Source: Piromyces finnis finn
Lineage: Eukaryota; Fungi; Neocallimastigomycota
Reading direction: 5' to 3'
NCBI GenBank assembly: GCA_002104945.1
Contig: MCFH01000052.1
Location: 310,001-374,000, forward strand
Length of the DNA: 64,000 bases
Shown: in pieces, positions 1-10,611 of the stretch
How the letters are laid out: every line of letters starts with the position of its first letter
How positions within the stretch are numbered: position 1 is the stretch's first letter
Notes under the pieces: model-generated
What the model was told of the DNA's origin: nothing
The model's database searches: none
Seen by the model: the letters and a program-made list of their open reading frames with translations, nothing else
Made by a program: the position numbers and the translations under genes

Positions 1-775
1 TATAAATGAAGAATAAAATTATTTGAAAAAGACACTGCAGCTACTATTAAAAACTATCCGGAAAATTATATATTAAAAATAAATTAATGGAGGACAATAA
101 AAATTAAACATGCATATAAAGAAAGAAAAAAGAAAATCCTAAGAAGAAGAAGAAGTAATAAAATGAAGAACTTTAATTACTTATAAAATTTAATTCTTTA
201 TCTATTATTTTTCCTTTCGTAACTTCAAGGGACGAAGTTATATCTTAAGGGCGAAGATATTGATAAATAATTAAATTTATAAATTATAAATTAATAATAA
301 TAATAATAATAATTAAAATATAGATAAAAATTTAAAATATTTAACATGTATAAAATTATTAAATTAAAAATTATAAATGTAAACTTTTTGTTTATTTAAT
401 TGTTTATTTCTTTTTAAATTAAATAGTTTATATTTGTTTATAATTATATCTTAAAATAATAATTTTGTATAAATAGTGATAGAATTACTTATTTTTAAAA
501 AAATGTTCCTAATAATCCAGAAAAATTAGATAATAATATTAAATTTATTAAAATAATACTTATAATTATATTCACATACATACCGAGATGTATTCATAAT
601 AAAATATATATTTAATAATACTAGAGTTATTAAATATCAAAATTTATAATTAAATAAACTATATTTTATAAAACTAACTAATACTTGAAAATGAACAAGT
701 ATAAAAATCATTTATTTTTATTTTCTTTAAATTTTATTTATTAAATATTATTTTTTAGATACAAATATTATCACT

Positions 776-2075
776 TGTAAAAGTTTTACTAAACTTATAA
801 TTTAATATTAAAATATCAAATTAAATAAAAGGTTAAAAGATAACTAGGTTAGAAAAAAAAAATGTTTTATTAAAATAATCTTAATTGATTTATAAATGAA
901 TAATTAAATTATATATTATGGTTAAAATAATTTCTTTTATTTTATTTAATGATATATTGCTAAAATATATAATAATAAGATTATTTAGTAGTAATACTCA
1001 TTAAGTATTAATTATTATTAATAGTTAATAATCTATAGTTAATAATCTTTAGTTAATAATTTATAGTTAATAATTTTTGGTTAATAATTTATAGTTAATA
1101 ATTTATAGTTAATAATTTAATAATTTATGGTTAATAATTTTTGGTTAATAATTTATAGTTAATAATTTATAGTTAATAATTTAATAATTTATGGTTAATA
1201 ATTTTTGGTTAATAATTTATAGTTAATAATTTATAGTTAATAATTTAATAATTTATGGTTAATAATTTTTGGTTAATAATCTTTACAAAGATTTTAATTT
1301 CATAAACTATTCTAAACTATTTATACTATTTGTAATTTTACATTTAATAATAAAATAACTTTTCAATACATGATTATATTCATAATATATTTTATAATAC
1401 TTAAACTAAACTTAAGACTTATTCCTAATTATTAAAAAATAACTATTGTTTATATATTTATAATATTAATTATTTCTTAATTATAATATAATTCATTGAA
1501 TATAATATTAATAATTATAATCCTCTAGTTCAAAGATTATAAATTATGTTATTGAAATAATTATTATAAAATAAAGTTAATTAGTTCCGGAAAATAATTT
1601 TAATTTAATTAAACAATAATTTTTATACTTTGAGTGAATGATTTATGTTTGATATATCAGGGGTGATCATTCTCTGAATAAACAATTAATCATTGCTAAC
1701 AAAATATCTTTAAATTGGAATATCTCGTGAACCAGCAGAGATATTGACCTGATTTTAAGATATGTTGTTTGTCTCGAGCGTGGCTTTCTAACGAACGTAA
1801 TTATAACCAAAATATTTTTATTCAAAAATCGTCATTCGTTGAGGAGATACGCGTGTTTTTCCTTATTCCATTTTAACGATAAGGGTTAAAGTTATTTATT
1901 ATAAAAATTACTAAGGGTTAAGGTCATATTTTAACCTTTCCTAAATTTTTAAATATTTCTTAATAAAATTTTATAATTTATTTGAAAATAAAATATTTGT
2001 TGATTTTAAATTTTCATAAGTGATTTCACAATTCCAAGTGATCTTGAAATTGTAATTTCACTAGTATTCGTGACA
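776..2075. mobile_element. Family F solo LTR (1300 bp) with 5-bp TSD TCACT
   Basis: TGTAAAAG...TTCGTGACA termini; TCACT at 771-775 and 2076-2080; homologous to 14407-15434 and 22604-23732. Confidence 0.92.
1021..1283. repeat. Minisatellite of about 14-bp units (TAGTTAATAATTTA / TGGTTAATAATTTT) inside the F LTR
   Basis: Tandem units visible directly; the array is shorter in the 22604 copy and absent in the 14407 copy. Confidence 0.85.
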
Positions 2076-2749
2076 TCACTTTCTATATTCATTTATAGAA
2101 TTAAGATAATATTTTCTACGTATCAACAAAATTGTCAAAAAGCGATTTTTTATTAAAGAAAAGTGTGGTAAGCACACTAGTTATATTAATTAATAAATAT
2201 AATACGCTTTCCTATTGAAGGCGTAAAGCTAATAATATTTATATAAAGAAATTTAAATAATATTTTTATTTTAGCAATAACTTAATATCAGCATATATTA
2301 AGTTATTAAAAATATTAAAATTTTTAAAGTTTTAGGTTTTATAGGAGTTTATAAATTTTATTAACTTTAAGTTAAAAAATTACTAACGCTAAAGCTTCGT
2401 AATTTTTGTCAATTTTTGTTCTTTTTATACATGAACAATTTTAATTATTACATTTTTTAATTTTAATTAATTATTGTCTAATTATAAAATATTTAATTTT
2501 TATAAATTAATAATTAATATAATTATTGTAAATAGTTAATAAATTTAAAATAAAATTTTTAATAATAAAATTTTAATAATTTTAAAAATTTAATAATTTC
2601 AAATATTAGAAATTTTATACTTTGAAATTTTTTAATAAAAATTTAAAAAATAAATTTTTTCAAATTTTCAAATTTTCAAATTTTAAAAAAATTTTTAATT
2701 TTTTCCATGTGTCCAAATTTTTTAAATTTTTATATATGTTATTGTGACA

Positions 2750-2786
2750 CTGCCCGTCCTAAGGGTCGTTTCGCCGGACGACCCAA
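2750..2786 (-). promoter_or_regulatory. Putative polypurine tract (AGGACGGGCAG) of J1, preceded by a 7-bp hairpin GGGTCGT/ACGACCC
   Basis: Directly abuts the 3' LTR on the minus strand. Confidence 0.65.
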
Positions 2787-3239
2787 AAAATTATGGACAC
2801 TGGCACGTCATAATAATTTGGACATGGACACTTCCACGACACTTAGATTTTTTTTTCAAAAATTGAGAATTTCCATTTTTTGAAAATTCTCAAAATTTTT
2901 CTAAGTGTTGAAAAAGTGAAGTGTAAAAGTGTTCAAGAAAAGTTGAGAGGGTATCACGTGGATTCTTCAGAAATGGAGACTACACGTGAAGGTTAGGGAA
3001 ATGATATGACTCGAGGGGAAGCGGATTTTGGGGTGCGGAAAAGGTTGCGAAATTTGAGGGTTGAGGGCAAAGGCGAAAGAGGGTGGTTGGGTAGCGGAAT
3101 AGTGGTTGGTAGTTGTAGTGGTGGCGACTAGTGGGTAGCGGAGTTGTGGGTAGTAGGTGGGATAGTGGCGATTGGTGGGTAGTGAAGGAGTAAGGGTGGT
3201 AGACACTAGTAGGTGGGGTACTAATAAGTTGGGTCCAGA

Positions 3240-6200
3240 TTAAGAATCTGGGACGGAATTGGTGAATTGTTGGTAAGCGCGACATTGGTAATCAGCTAAA
3301 AGGGTGCTGTAGTAGTCATCCTTATCAATGGTGTCAGCATTGATCCAACGTTGAGATAAGTCAGTAAAAGTGACTAAGTACTCGTAAAAATGACCCGATT
3401 TACGAGAACTAAGGATCTTGGTGATTTCATTGGAGTTGGGATGGTTGAGCAATAGATGGTGAGGAGTGGGATGATATGGTTCGAGTTCACTGATGTGGAA
3501 TACGGGGTAGACACGAGGGAAAGGTGAGGTAGATAAATCAAGGCGGTAGTTGAGCTTAGATTCATCGACACCAGTGACCTTGTATGGACCATACTTGCGG
3601 GTTTGGAGCTTGAACGCTAATGGAGGATGATAATTAGCGGGTTTGCGAAGCCAAACAAGATCGTGGACCTTGAAGCGCTTAAAGTTGTGATAAAGGTGCT
3701 TATCCTTTTCATCGAGATAACGGGTACGACTGACTTCGAGAGTATGCTTAAGGTCAGCTAAATTATGGGAGAAGCTATCGATGAGGGGATGAAGTCCTAA
3801 AGAAGAAACAAGGTCTGCAACTTGTGGATTTGCGTGAACTTGATAATTATAAACGGAGAGAAATGGTGGTTGCTTGGTGGAAGCATGGATGGAATTGTTG
3901 TAGCAAAATTCAGCTAAGTACAAATGATCCATCCAACTGAGATCATCAAATTGAGCTAAGTAGCAACGAAGATAAGTTTCAACGTAGTCGTTGTTACGTT
4001 CTACTTGTCCAACAGTGCGGTGATGGCCAGTAGTAGCAGAGTGGTGATCGATATTAAAGAATTCCATCAAGTGGGACCAAAGACGACTTTCGAACTGAGT
4101 ACCACGGTCTGTAACAATAGATAAGGGGAATCCGTGCAGTTTGAAAATATGGTTAAGAAAAGCAGTAGCAGTTTCCTTAGCAGTGGGTAAATGTTTGAAC
4201 CCAACTAAGTGTATCATCTTAGTTAAGTAGCAAGTAGTAACCATTATGGTACCTTGATGGTGGTTCGGATTGGTAGAGTCGAATGGTAAGGTAGAGTTAC
4301 AAGGTCTTGATGGTAAGTCCGTGATAAAGTCCATTTGTAGGTGTTGCCATGGAAGTTCCGGAAGAGGGACACGGATCATATTACCATAAGGAGCATGGTG
4401 ATCGGCTTTCATTGCCTTGCATACACTACAGCTTCGAATATAAGACTCGACATCTTGACGCATATTAACCCAATAGAAATTACGTCTAAGAATGTCATAA
4501 GTCTTATCGACTCCCAAGTGACCGGCAGTGGGTGCATCATGGTTGAGCTTAATAACTAAGAGTCTTAGTTGACTTGGAACATATACTTGCTCCGGATGTT
4601 TGGTTCTTATTAAAAGGCCATCTTGAAGAATCCAAGGATGATCACTATTTGGAACTTCAAGATCCTTAAGAATCTGACAAGCGGTTTCATCTTGAAGGTA
4701 GCACTGCTTAATGTCGTCAATGAAGCTAGTTTCCATAGAGAAGTAGCATTCATCTTCGTTGAATCCTTCTAATTGAGTTGGTTTAAGTAAGGACGATTCA
4801 CTTATATCCTCACCAACTGTGAGCATATGGTCGGATCTACGAGAGAGAGCATCAGCTTTACCATTTTTCTTTCCTGGTCGATAGATAATCTTGAAATCAA
4901 AGGTAGCAAAGTATTCTTGCCAACGAGCTTGCCTTTGGGATAGAAGTTGCGGTTTGGTAGCAAAAAGCAAGTTTCGATGGTCTGAATAAACGGTAATAGG
5001 ATATTTTGCACCTTGAAGTAAGTGACGCCATTCGATAAAAGCTTGACGAATTGCTAAGAGTTCCTTTTCGGTGATAGAGTAATTAAGTTCTGCATCATGA
5101 AGGGTTTTAGAAAAGTAATAAACTGGATGCAGGTCTCCATCATCACCTTTTTGTGAAAGTACTCCCCCGATAGCAAAGTCACTTGCGTCACATTCAACTA
5201 TGAATGGTTTATCGTGATCAGGACAAAGTAAAACTGGAGCTGAAGTAAGAAATTCTTTAAGTTGATTAAATGCTCTATTACACTCGTCTGTCCATATGAA
5301 AGTGACGCCTTTCTTAGTTAAGTTGTATAATGGTTTTGCAATTTTAGAAAAGTTAGAGATAAAGCGACGGTAGTAATTGCATAACCCTAAGAAGGACTGA
5401 ACTTCTTTCACAGTAGTGGGGATAGGCCAGTTCTTAACTGCTTCAATTTTGTGAGGATCAGTTTTGATTCCCTCCTTACTGATTACGTGACCCAAAAATT
5501 CGATTTCAGCTTTGTGAAACTCACATTTTTTGAGTTTCGCAACTAAGTTGTTTTCAATGATTAATTGAAGAACATTTCTAACATGTTGAACATGTTCTTC
5601 AAGGGTCTTGGAGTAGATAATGATATCATCCAAGTACACTTGAACGTACTTATTAATTTGATCACTAAAGATATCATTAATGAAAGCTTGGAAAACTGCA
5701 GGAGCATTAGTTAGTCCAAAAGGCATGACTAAGTACTCAAAGTGACCAAATGCCGTCCTGAATGCAGTCTTGTATTCGTCACCTTCTTTAATCCTAATTA
5801 AATTATAAGCTGACTTGAGGTCTAACTTAGTGAAATAGTTAGCACCTTTCATTGATTCAAAGACTGATAGGATTAAAGGTAGCGGATAGGCATTCTTGAT
5901 AGTTTGGTCGTTGAGCTTGCGATAGTCAACGCAAAATCTGAGACTACCATCCTTCTTATCTTGGAGTAGAACTGGATGTCCAGCAGGAGATCGGGATTTT
6001 CTAATGAATCCTTTATTCAAGTTTTCTTCAATATACTCCTTAATAAATTGACGTTCAGTAGGAGTAGTTGGATAAATTGGCCCATAAAATAATGAAGCAT
6101 TAGGTTTCAAATCGATAGAACAATCATATACACGATGTTCAGGAAGTTCATCGGCTCGTTCTTCATTGAAGGCTTCATATAAATCTTCATATTCCAAAGG

Positions 6201-8123
6201 TATACCGTTGATAGATTCTACTAGTTCAGGATTCTGATCATCGGCTATGAAGACTGTTTCTGTTGGAATGGAAGTTGATTTATCCAGATTTGAGTCTTCG
6301 AGTTCTGTGATAAACATAACTTCATGAAGAGGTGTAGATTTCTTCAAATCATTCCTAAAGTTAGGAGATTTAATCTCAGATCCATTATGGTTGGAGAAAG
6401 GAACAGGACCAATTTTAACTGTAAAGGAATGGTCAGGTTGTGTTAAGATACAGAAGAAGTTGGTTTTCATGAACTTAGAACCTAGGAGAATCGAAGAAGG
6501 AAGCTGATCAGCTACGTGGCATCGAAGTTTGTATTGACGAACCTCTTCTCGGGTTCCTCCTAAAGAAGATAAGTTCATTACAATGTTGAACTCTTCTGTG
6601 ATGTAATGCATTAGGACATTACCTCCCATGACCTTTACAACAGTATCAGCTGGTATGGTCTTAATTCCTAGTTTCTTCACTAAATCCATATGGATTACAT
6701 TGGTAGTAGAGCCGGAATCTAAGAGAGACGAAGTGATAACCTGTCTAGATCCTTTAGAAGTTTTTACACTAGTCTTCACGATGGGATACTTCTCCGGATC
6801 AGGATTTGGTAGCTCTAAGATATCTTGCTCTTCTACTTCACAGAGATAGCTGGAGTATGAAGTACCATTATTAGGTTTAGTACTTTTATTGGGATTTTGG
6901 GTACTAGACTTGCTATCCAAGTTACTGGAGCCTTTTCCTTTTTGGTTAGACGGGCGGTTGTTGTTATTGTTATTCCTTTGGTTGTTATTACGATTGTTAG
7001 TCTTGTTAGGGTTCTTGGAATAAAGACTGCCATGAATACCTAATAAATTAGCTATTAAGGGCTCTTTGTCCTTGTAGTTAGCTTGTCTTTCCAAAGTATC
7101 ATCGTAATAAGTATCCTTGGAAGCATCATATTTGATTAGAAGATTCTTCAGTTCTTCTAACGTCTGTCTATCCGAAGTTAATTTACTAAAGGCGTGGTTC
7201 ACGGTAGGTCTAACTTGGAAAAGCATGATGGTTAATTGAATGTCTTCGGAACATCCAATTAATTTGACATATTGGGAGAATTTTCCTAAGTATTCGGAAG
7301 CTTTTCCCCAACTATGTCTGAGCTTCATCAGGTCGATTTTGGTGATGTTGATATCCTTCGGGTTAAGGAATCTCTTACTCAAAGCTTCGTAAAGAACCTT
7401 TCTATTCGGATGAGATTCCTGGAAGTCTGCTTGTTCAACATCGTACCAATCTGCAGCATCACCAGTAAGACAATCTTCAATGAAGTTTACTTTCATAGCT
7501 TCATTGTTTCCATAGAACTTGATGTGTCTTAAGAAGTGGTGTTCGCATCGACGGATGAATCTGCGTAGTTGAATACTTTCTCCTGAGTAAGAAAGCATTT
7601 TTTCAGCGACGTTTGGAGGCGAAGCATCTCCCATGATGACGTCACCGTCAGGTTCGTGAGGAGTAGCAGCAGAAGGAGTAACGGGAGTAGACAACTCATC
7701 AACTCTTTGAGTAGCTTTGCTGATATGAGCTTTGATATCAGCGAGTTGATTGTCTTTCCTAGCATCGTTGACTTCTAAGGTAGTCATCTTACCCATAATA
7801 ACTTGAGTAGAGTTTTCCAAAACAGTCAAACGATCATTGAGACTTTCGTTTTCCCTTCTGGTAGCTTGAATATCAACCTTTAACTGATTGATATTCCCAG
7901 TTAAGGTAGCAGTTAAAGACTCAATGAGGGCCTTGAGATCCTCATTAGTAGTTGGCTTCTGAGTAGGATTACTCGTAGAAGCATTAGTTTGTCCGGAATG
8001 ATTAGGCATCTTTGATTTTCTTACGGGAGTATTTCCTGGGGAACGTTCTCTCTTGGTAGTTTGTAGGCGGTTAAAAAATTCTTTTGTATCCACTTTAATA
8101 GGTGTAAGTGGAGATTTTTCCAT
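3240..8123 (-). CDS. Gag-Pol polyprotein, 1627 aa (Gag, aspartic protease, RT, RNase H, integrase, degenerate chromodomain-like C-terminus)
   Basis: LLDSGS protease; FCVDYRKLN and VYLDD RT; ECDASDFAIG RNase H; H-x6-H...C-x2-C zinc motif; MDFITD/TDRGTQF/VERN integrase core; YGPYKV GPY/F motif; KILSSRK...YEYLVTF...RWI tail. PR-RT-RH-IN order is Ty3/Gypsy. Confidence 0.97.
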   Translation of the reverse strand: MEKSPLTPIKVDTKEFFNRLQTTKRERSPGNTPVRKSKMPNHSGQTNASTSNPTQKPTTNEDLKALIESLTATLTGNINQLKVDIQATRRENESLNDRLTVLENSTQVIMGKMTTLEVNDARKDNQLADIKAHISKATQRVDELSTPVTPSAATPHEPDGDVIMGDASPPNVAEKMLSYSGESIQLRRFIRRCEHHFLRHIKFYGNNEAMKVNFIEDCLTGDAADWYDVEQADFQESHPNRKVLYEALSKRFLNPKDINITKIDLMKLRHSWGKASEYLGKFSQYVKLIGCSEDIQLTIMLFQVRPTVNHAFSKLTSDRQTLEELKNLLIKYDASKDTYYDDTLERQANYKDKEPLIANLLGIHGSLYSKNPNKTNNRNNNQRNNNNNNRPSNQKGKGSSNLDSKSSTQNPNKSTKPNNGTSYSSYLCEVEEQDILELPNPDPEKYPIVKTSVKTSKGSRQVITSSLLDSGSTTNVIHMDLVKKLGIKTIPADTVVKVMGGNVLMHYITEEFNIVMNLSSLGGTREEVRQYKLRCHVADQLPSSILLGSKFMKTNFFCILTQPDHSFTVKIGPVPFSNHNGSEIKSPNFRNDLKKSTPLHEVMFITELEDSNLDKSTSIPTETVFIADDQNPELVESINGIPLEYEDLYEAFNEERADELPEHRVYDCSIDLKPNASLFYGPIYPTTPTERQFIKEYIEENLNKGFIRKSRSPAGHPVLLQDKKDGSLRFCVDYRKLNDQTIKNAYPLPLILSVFESMKGANYFTKLDLKSAYNLIRIKEGDEYKTAFRTAFGHFEYLVMPFGLTNAPAVFQAFINDIFSDQINKYVQVYLDDIIIYSKTLEEHVQHVRNVLQLIIENNLVAKLKKCEFHKAEIEFLGHVISKEGIKTDPHKIEAVKNWPIPTTVKEVQSFLGLCNYYRRFISNFSKIAKPLYNLTKKGVTFIWTDECNRAFNQLKEFLTSAPVLLCPDHDKPFIVECDASDFAIGGVLSQKGDDGDLHPVYYFSKTLHDAELNYSITEKELLAIRQAFIEWRHLLQGAKYPITVYSDHRNLLFATKPQLLSQRQARWQEYFATFDFKIIYRPGKKNGKADALSRRSDHMLTVGEDISESSLLKPTQLEGFNEDECYFSMETSFIDDIKQCYLQDETACQILKDLEVPNSDHPWILQDGLLIRTKHPEQVYVPSQLRLLVIKLNHDAPTAGHLGVDKTYDILRRNFYWVNMRQDVESYIRSCSVCKAMKADHHAPYGNMIRVPLPELPWQHLQMDFITDLPSRPCNSTLPFDSTNPNHHQGTIMVTTCYLTKMIHLVGFKHLPTAKETATAFLNHIFKLHGFPLSIVTDRGTQFESRLWSHLMEFFNIDHHSATTGHHRTVGQVERNNDYVETYLRCYLAQFDDLSWMDHLYLAEFCYNNSIHASTKQPPFLSVYNYQVHANPQVADLVSSLGLHPLIDSFSHNLADLKHTLEVSRTRYLDEKDKHLYHNFKRFKVHDLVWLRKPANYHPPLAFKLQTRKYGPYKVTGVDESKLNYRLDLSTSPFPRVYPVFHISELEPYHPTPHHLLLNHPNSNEITKILSSRKSGHFYEYLVTFTDLSQRWINADTIDKDDYYSTLLADYQCRAYQQFTNSVPDS

Positions 8124-8193
8124 TAAACTTTAATTATTATATTTAGTTATTAATAATTACTAACTAATTGGTGCTTAGCGCACTTTTATAATA

Positions 8194-8204
8194 AGCGTTA
8201 GTAA
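8194..8204 (-). promoter_or_regulatory. Self-priming primer-binding site (PBS) of J1 (TTACTAACGCT)
   Basis: Abuts the 5' LTR; perfectly complementary to an 11-mer inside the LTR (8452-8462); no TGG tRNA-type PBS present. Confidence 0.85.
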
Positions 8205-8493
8205 TGTCAAAAAGCGATTTTTTATTAAAGAAAAGTGTGGTAAGCACACTAGTTATATTAATTAATAAATATAATACGCTTTCCTATTGAAGGCGTAAAG
8301 CTAATAATATTTATATAAAGAAATTTAAATAATATTTTTATTTTAGCAATAACTTAATATCAGCATATATTAAGTTATTAAAAATATTAAAATTTTTAAA
8401 GTTTTAGGTTTTATAGGAGTTTATAAATTTTATTAACTTTAAGTTAAAAAATTACTAACGCTAAAGCTTCGTAATTTTTGTCAATTTTTGTTC

Positions 8494-8501
8494 TTTTTAT
8501 A
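8494..8501 (-). promoter_or_regulatory. Putative TATA box of the J1 5' LTR
   Basis: TATAAAAA begins 39 nt upstream of the predicted self-primer start (8462). The same spacing, 41 nt, occurs in K. Confidence 0.55.
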
Positions 8502-8835
8502 CATGAACAATTTTAATTATTACATTTTTTAATTTTAATTAATTATTGTCTAATTATAAAATATTTAATTTTTATAAATTAATAATTAATATAATTATTG
8601 TAAATAGTTAATAAATTTAAAATAAAATTTTTAATAATAAAATTTTAATAATTTTAAAAATTTAATAATTTCAAATATTAGAAATTTTATACTTTGAAAT
8701 TTTTTAATAAAAATTTAAAAAATAAATTTTTTCAAATTTTCAAATTTTCAAATTTTAAAAAAATTTTTAATTTTTTCCATGTGTCCAAATTTTTTAAATT
8801 TTTATATATGTTATTGTGACAAAAATTAAAGTAAA

Positions 8836-8906
8836 GCGTTAATAGTATAGAGGTAGAATATTTGCCTTCCAAGCAAATGGCCCGGGTTCGATTCCCGGTT
8901 AACGCA
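8836..8906 (+). tRNA. tRNA-Gly(TCC)
   Basis: Acceptor GCGTTAA/TTAACGC; anticodon arm TTTGC-CTTCCAA-GCAAA; GGTTCGATT T-loop. Confidence 0.96.
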
Positions 8907-8913
8907 TTATAAT

Positions 8914-8985
8914 GCCTGTTTGGCTTAGTGGTAGAGCGTCGCTCTTGTAAAGCGAAGGTCGGTGGTTCAATTCCGTCAATAGGCA
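8914..8985 (+). tRNA. tRNA-Thr(TGT), 7 bp downstream of tRNA-Gly
   Basis: Acceptor GCCTGTT/AATAGGC; anticodon arm TCGCT-CTTGTAA-AGCGA; GGTTCAATT T-loop. Confidence 0.95.
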
Positions 8986-9298
8986 TTAATGTTAAAAAAT
9001 ATATTTTATATTTTTAAAATTTCAATGAGAAAGCGCGTTATATTAATTATATAATTTATATCATGAATGAATAAAGTTCGATTAAAAATAAATTTAAAAA
9101 TTTAAAATATTATAAAAAGCTTTTAAAAATATTTAAAAAGTTACTATAGACTTTAATAAGATAGATATTAAAAAATAAAGAAAATTAATATTCAATAAAT
9201 TAACTTTTAAAAGAAATTGTTAATATGCAGAAAAAGTTATGCTTTACGAATATTACATACCATTTTCACTTATTAAAGAACTATAGAAGGTGTTAGAT

Positions 9299-9493
9299 TA
9301 ACTTAGATTAACTTTGATGGAAAACTCAAAAATAAATTAAATATAAAATCCTGGCCAGAAGTCTGGCAGAGGTCGAATTTCTTCTGGCTAAAAAGTCTGG
9401 CTAAAATGGCCAAAAATCTAGGATTTATACTAAATCATCAATAACTTATATTTAATTTATTTTTGAGTTTCCCATCAAAGTTAATCTAAGTTA
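9299..9493. mobile_element. MITE-like fold-back element with about 48-bp terminal inverted repeats
   Basis: TAACTTAGATTAACTTTGATGGAAAACTCAAAAATAAATTAAATATAA versus its reverse complement at 9446-9493, one mismatch; TA at both ends; core with repeated TCTGGC. Confidence 0.7.
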
Positions 9494-9829
9494 TTTACTA
9501 AATTCATTATAACCAAGTTTATTTCTAAATTGAACATATTAATTAAGTTAGGTCAGAAGGTTCTAACCTTTTTACTATATAGTTAACATAAATAAATTAA
9601 AATTAAAATATATAATAAATATTTATATAATGACTTTAAGCCTATTACTTATTTTTATTTAATTGGCTTAAGTCATTTTAATTATTTGAGAGAGGAATGA
9701 CTATTTCATTTATTTAAATTTCCTTCCACATCAAATGAACAAAGATATATTATATAAACTTTAATAAACATAAAATCTCTAAAATTATTATAATATTTTA
9801 ATAAAATATTACTCTTAATTAAATGAATC

Positions 9830-10043
9830 AAATATTATTTCAAAAAGTGATTATTATATTATATCTTCAGATATAACTATATAAGGCATATTTATGAAAT
9901 ATTGTTTTATAAAAATTATCAAAAATTGTTTTATTAAAAACACTCGTTTTTCTAATATTTGAATATTTATAATTTTATTTATTAAATTATTAAAATGATT
10001 ATTAAAATTGTAAAAATATTAACTAAACTATATAATATTTTCT

Positions 10044-10099
<56 letters not shown>

Positions 10100-10608
10100 T
10101 AAAACAAAGATAAAAATTAAAATATTTAACATGTATAAATTTATTAAGTTAAAAATTATAAATGTAAACTTTTTATTTATTTAATTGTTTATTTCTTTTT
10201 AAATTAAATAGTCTATATTTGTTTATAGTTATACTTTAAAATAATAATTTTGTATAAATAGTAATAGAAAATGTTCTTTTTAAAATTGTTCCTAATAATC
10301 CGTCAAAATTAGATAATAATATTAAATTTATTAAATAATATTTATAATTATATTCATATATATACGAGATGTATTAATAATAACATATATATATATATAT
10401 ATTTAATAATACGAGAGTTATTAAATATCAAAATTTATAATTAAATAAACTTTATTTTATAAAACTAACTAATACTTGAAAATGAACAAGTATAAAAATC
10501 ATTTATTTTTATTTTCTTTATTTTTATTTATTAAATATTTTTTTTAGATACAGATATTATTACTTCTATATTCATTTATAGAATTAAGATAATATTCTTA
10601 TTGTATCA
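9830..10608. mobile_element. Degenerate mosaic LTR: X-type left half joined through (TAA)n to an A-type right half
   Basis: 9830-10045 aligns with X LTRs (e.g. 37870-38100); 10100-10608 aligns with A LTRs and ends TGTATCA. Confidence 0.7.
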
Positions 10609-10611
10609 CTA

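Larger units (their letters stand above)
1..2125 (+). mobile_element. 3' part of a family A non-autonomous LTR element: internal region 1-260 plus 3' LTR 261-2125, interrupted by an F LTR
   Basis: 1-260 matches the internal region of the complete A element (about 28568-28828), ending in hairpin TAACTTC-AAGGGAC-GAAGTTA and purine tract AAGGGCGAAGA. LTR starts TGATAAATAA at 261 and ends CGTATCA at 2125. Confidence 0.88.
2133..8821 (-). mobile_element. Full-length Ty3/Gypsy (Tf1/sushi-like chromovirus) retrotransposon J1
   Basis: 617-bp LTRs at 2133-2749 and 8205-8821 that read identical by eye; TG...CA ends; TSD AAAAT (2128-2132, 8822-8826); single gag-pol ORF; ends 14 bp upstream of tRNA-Gly. 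Confidence 0.97.

Noticed and set aside
1021-1283. CRISPR-like array (also the 28-nt repeat pair at 62233-62301)
   Set aside because: Units are contiguous or only two in number, have no unique spacers, sit inside LTR elements in a eukaryotic context, and no cas genes are present.
3060-3225. Telomeric repeat
   Set aside because: No fixed repeat unit, and it lies inside a retrotransposon with a TSD.
2967-3285. 79-aa and 101-aa ORFs after J1 pol as a possible env-like or extra gene
   Set aside because: They overlap the skewed C-rich tract, which is stop-poor by composition; no TM or known motif.
3374-7765. Short ORFs inside J1 gag-pol, and similar ones inside G, Q, K, B and H
   Set aside because: Antisense or alternative-frame shadows of the long retroelement ORFs with no independent support.
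8732-8986. 84-aa minus-strand ORF
   Set aside because: It is the antisense reading of the two tRNA genes plus LTR.
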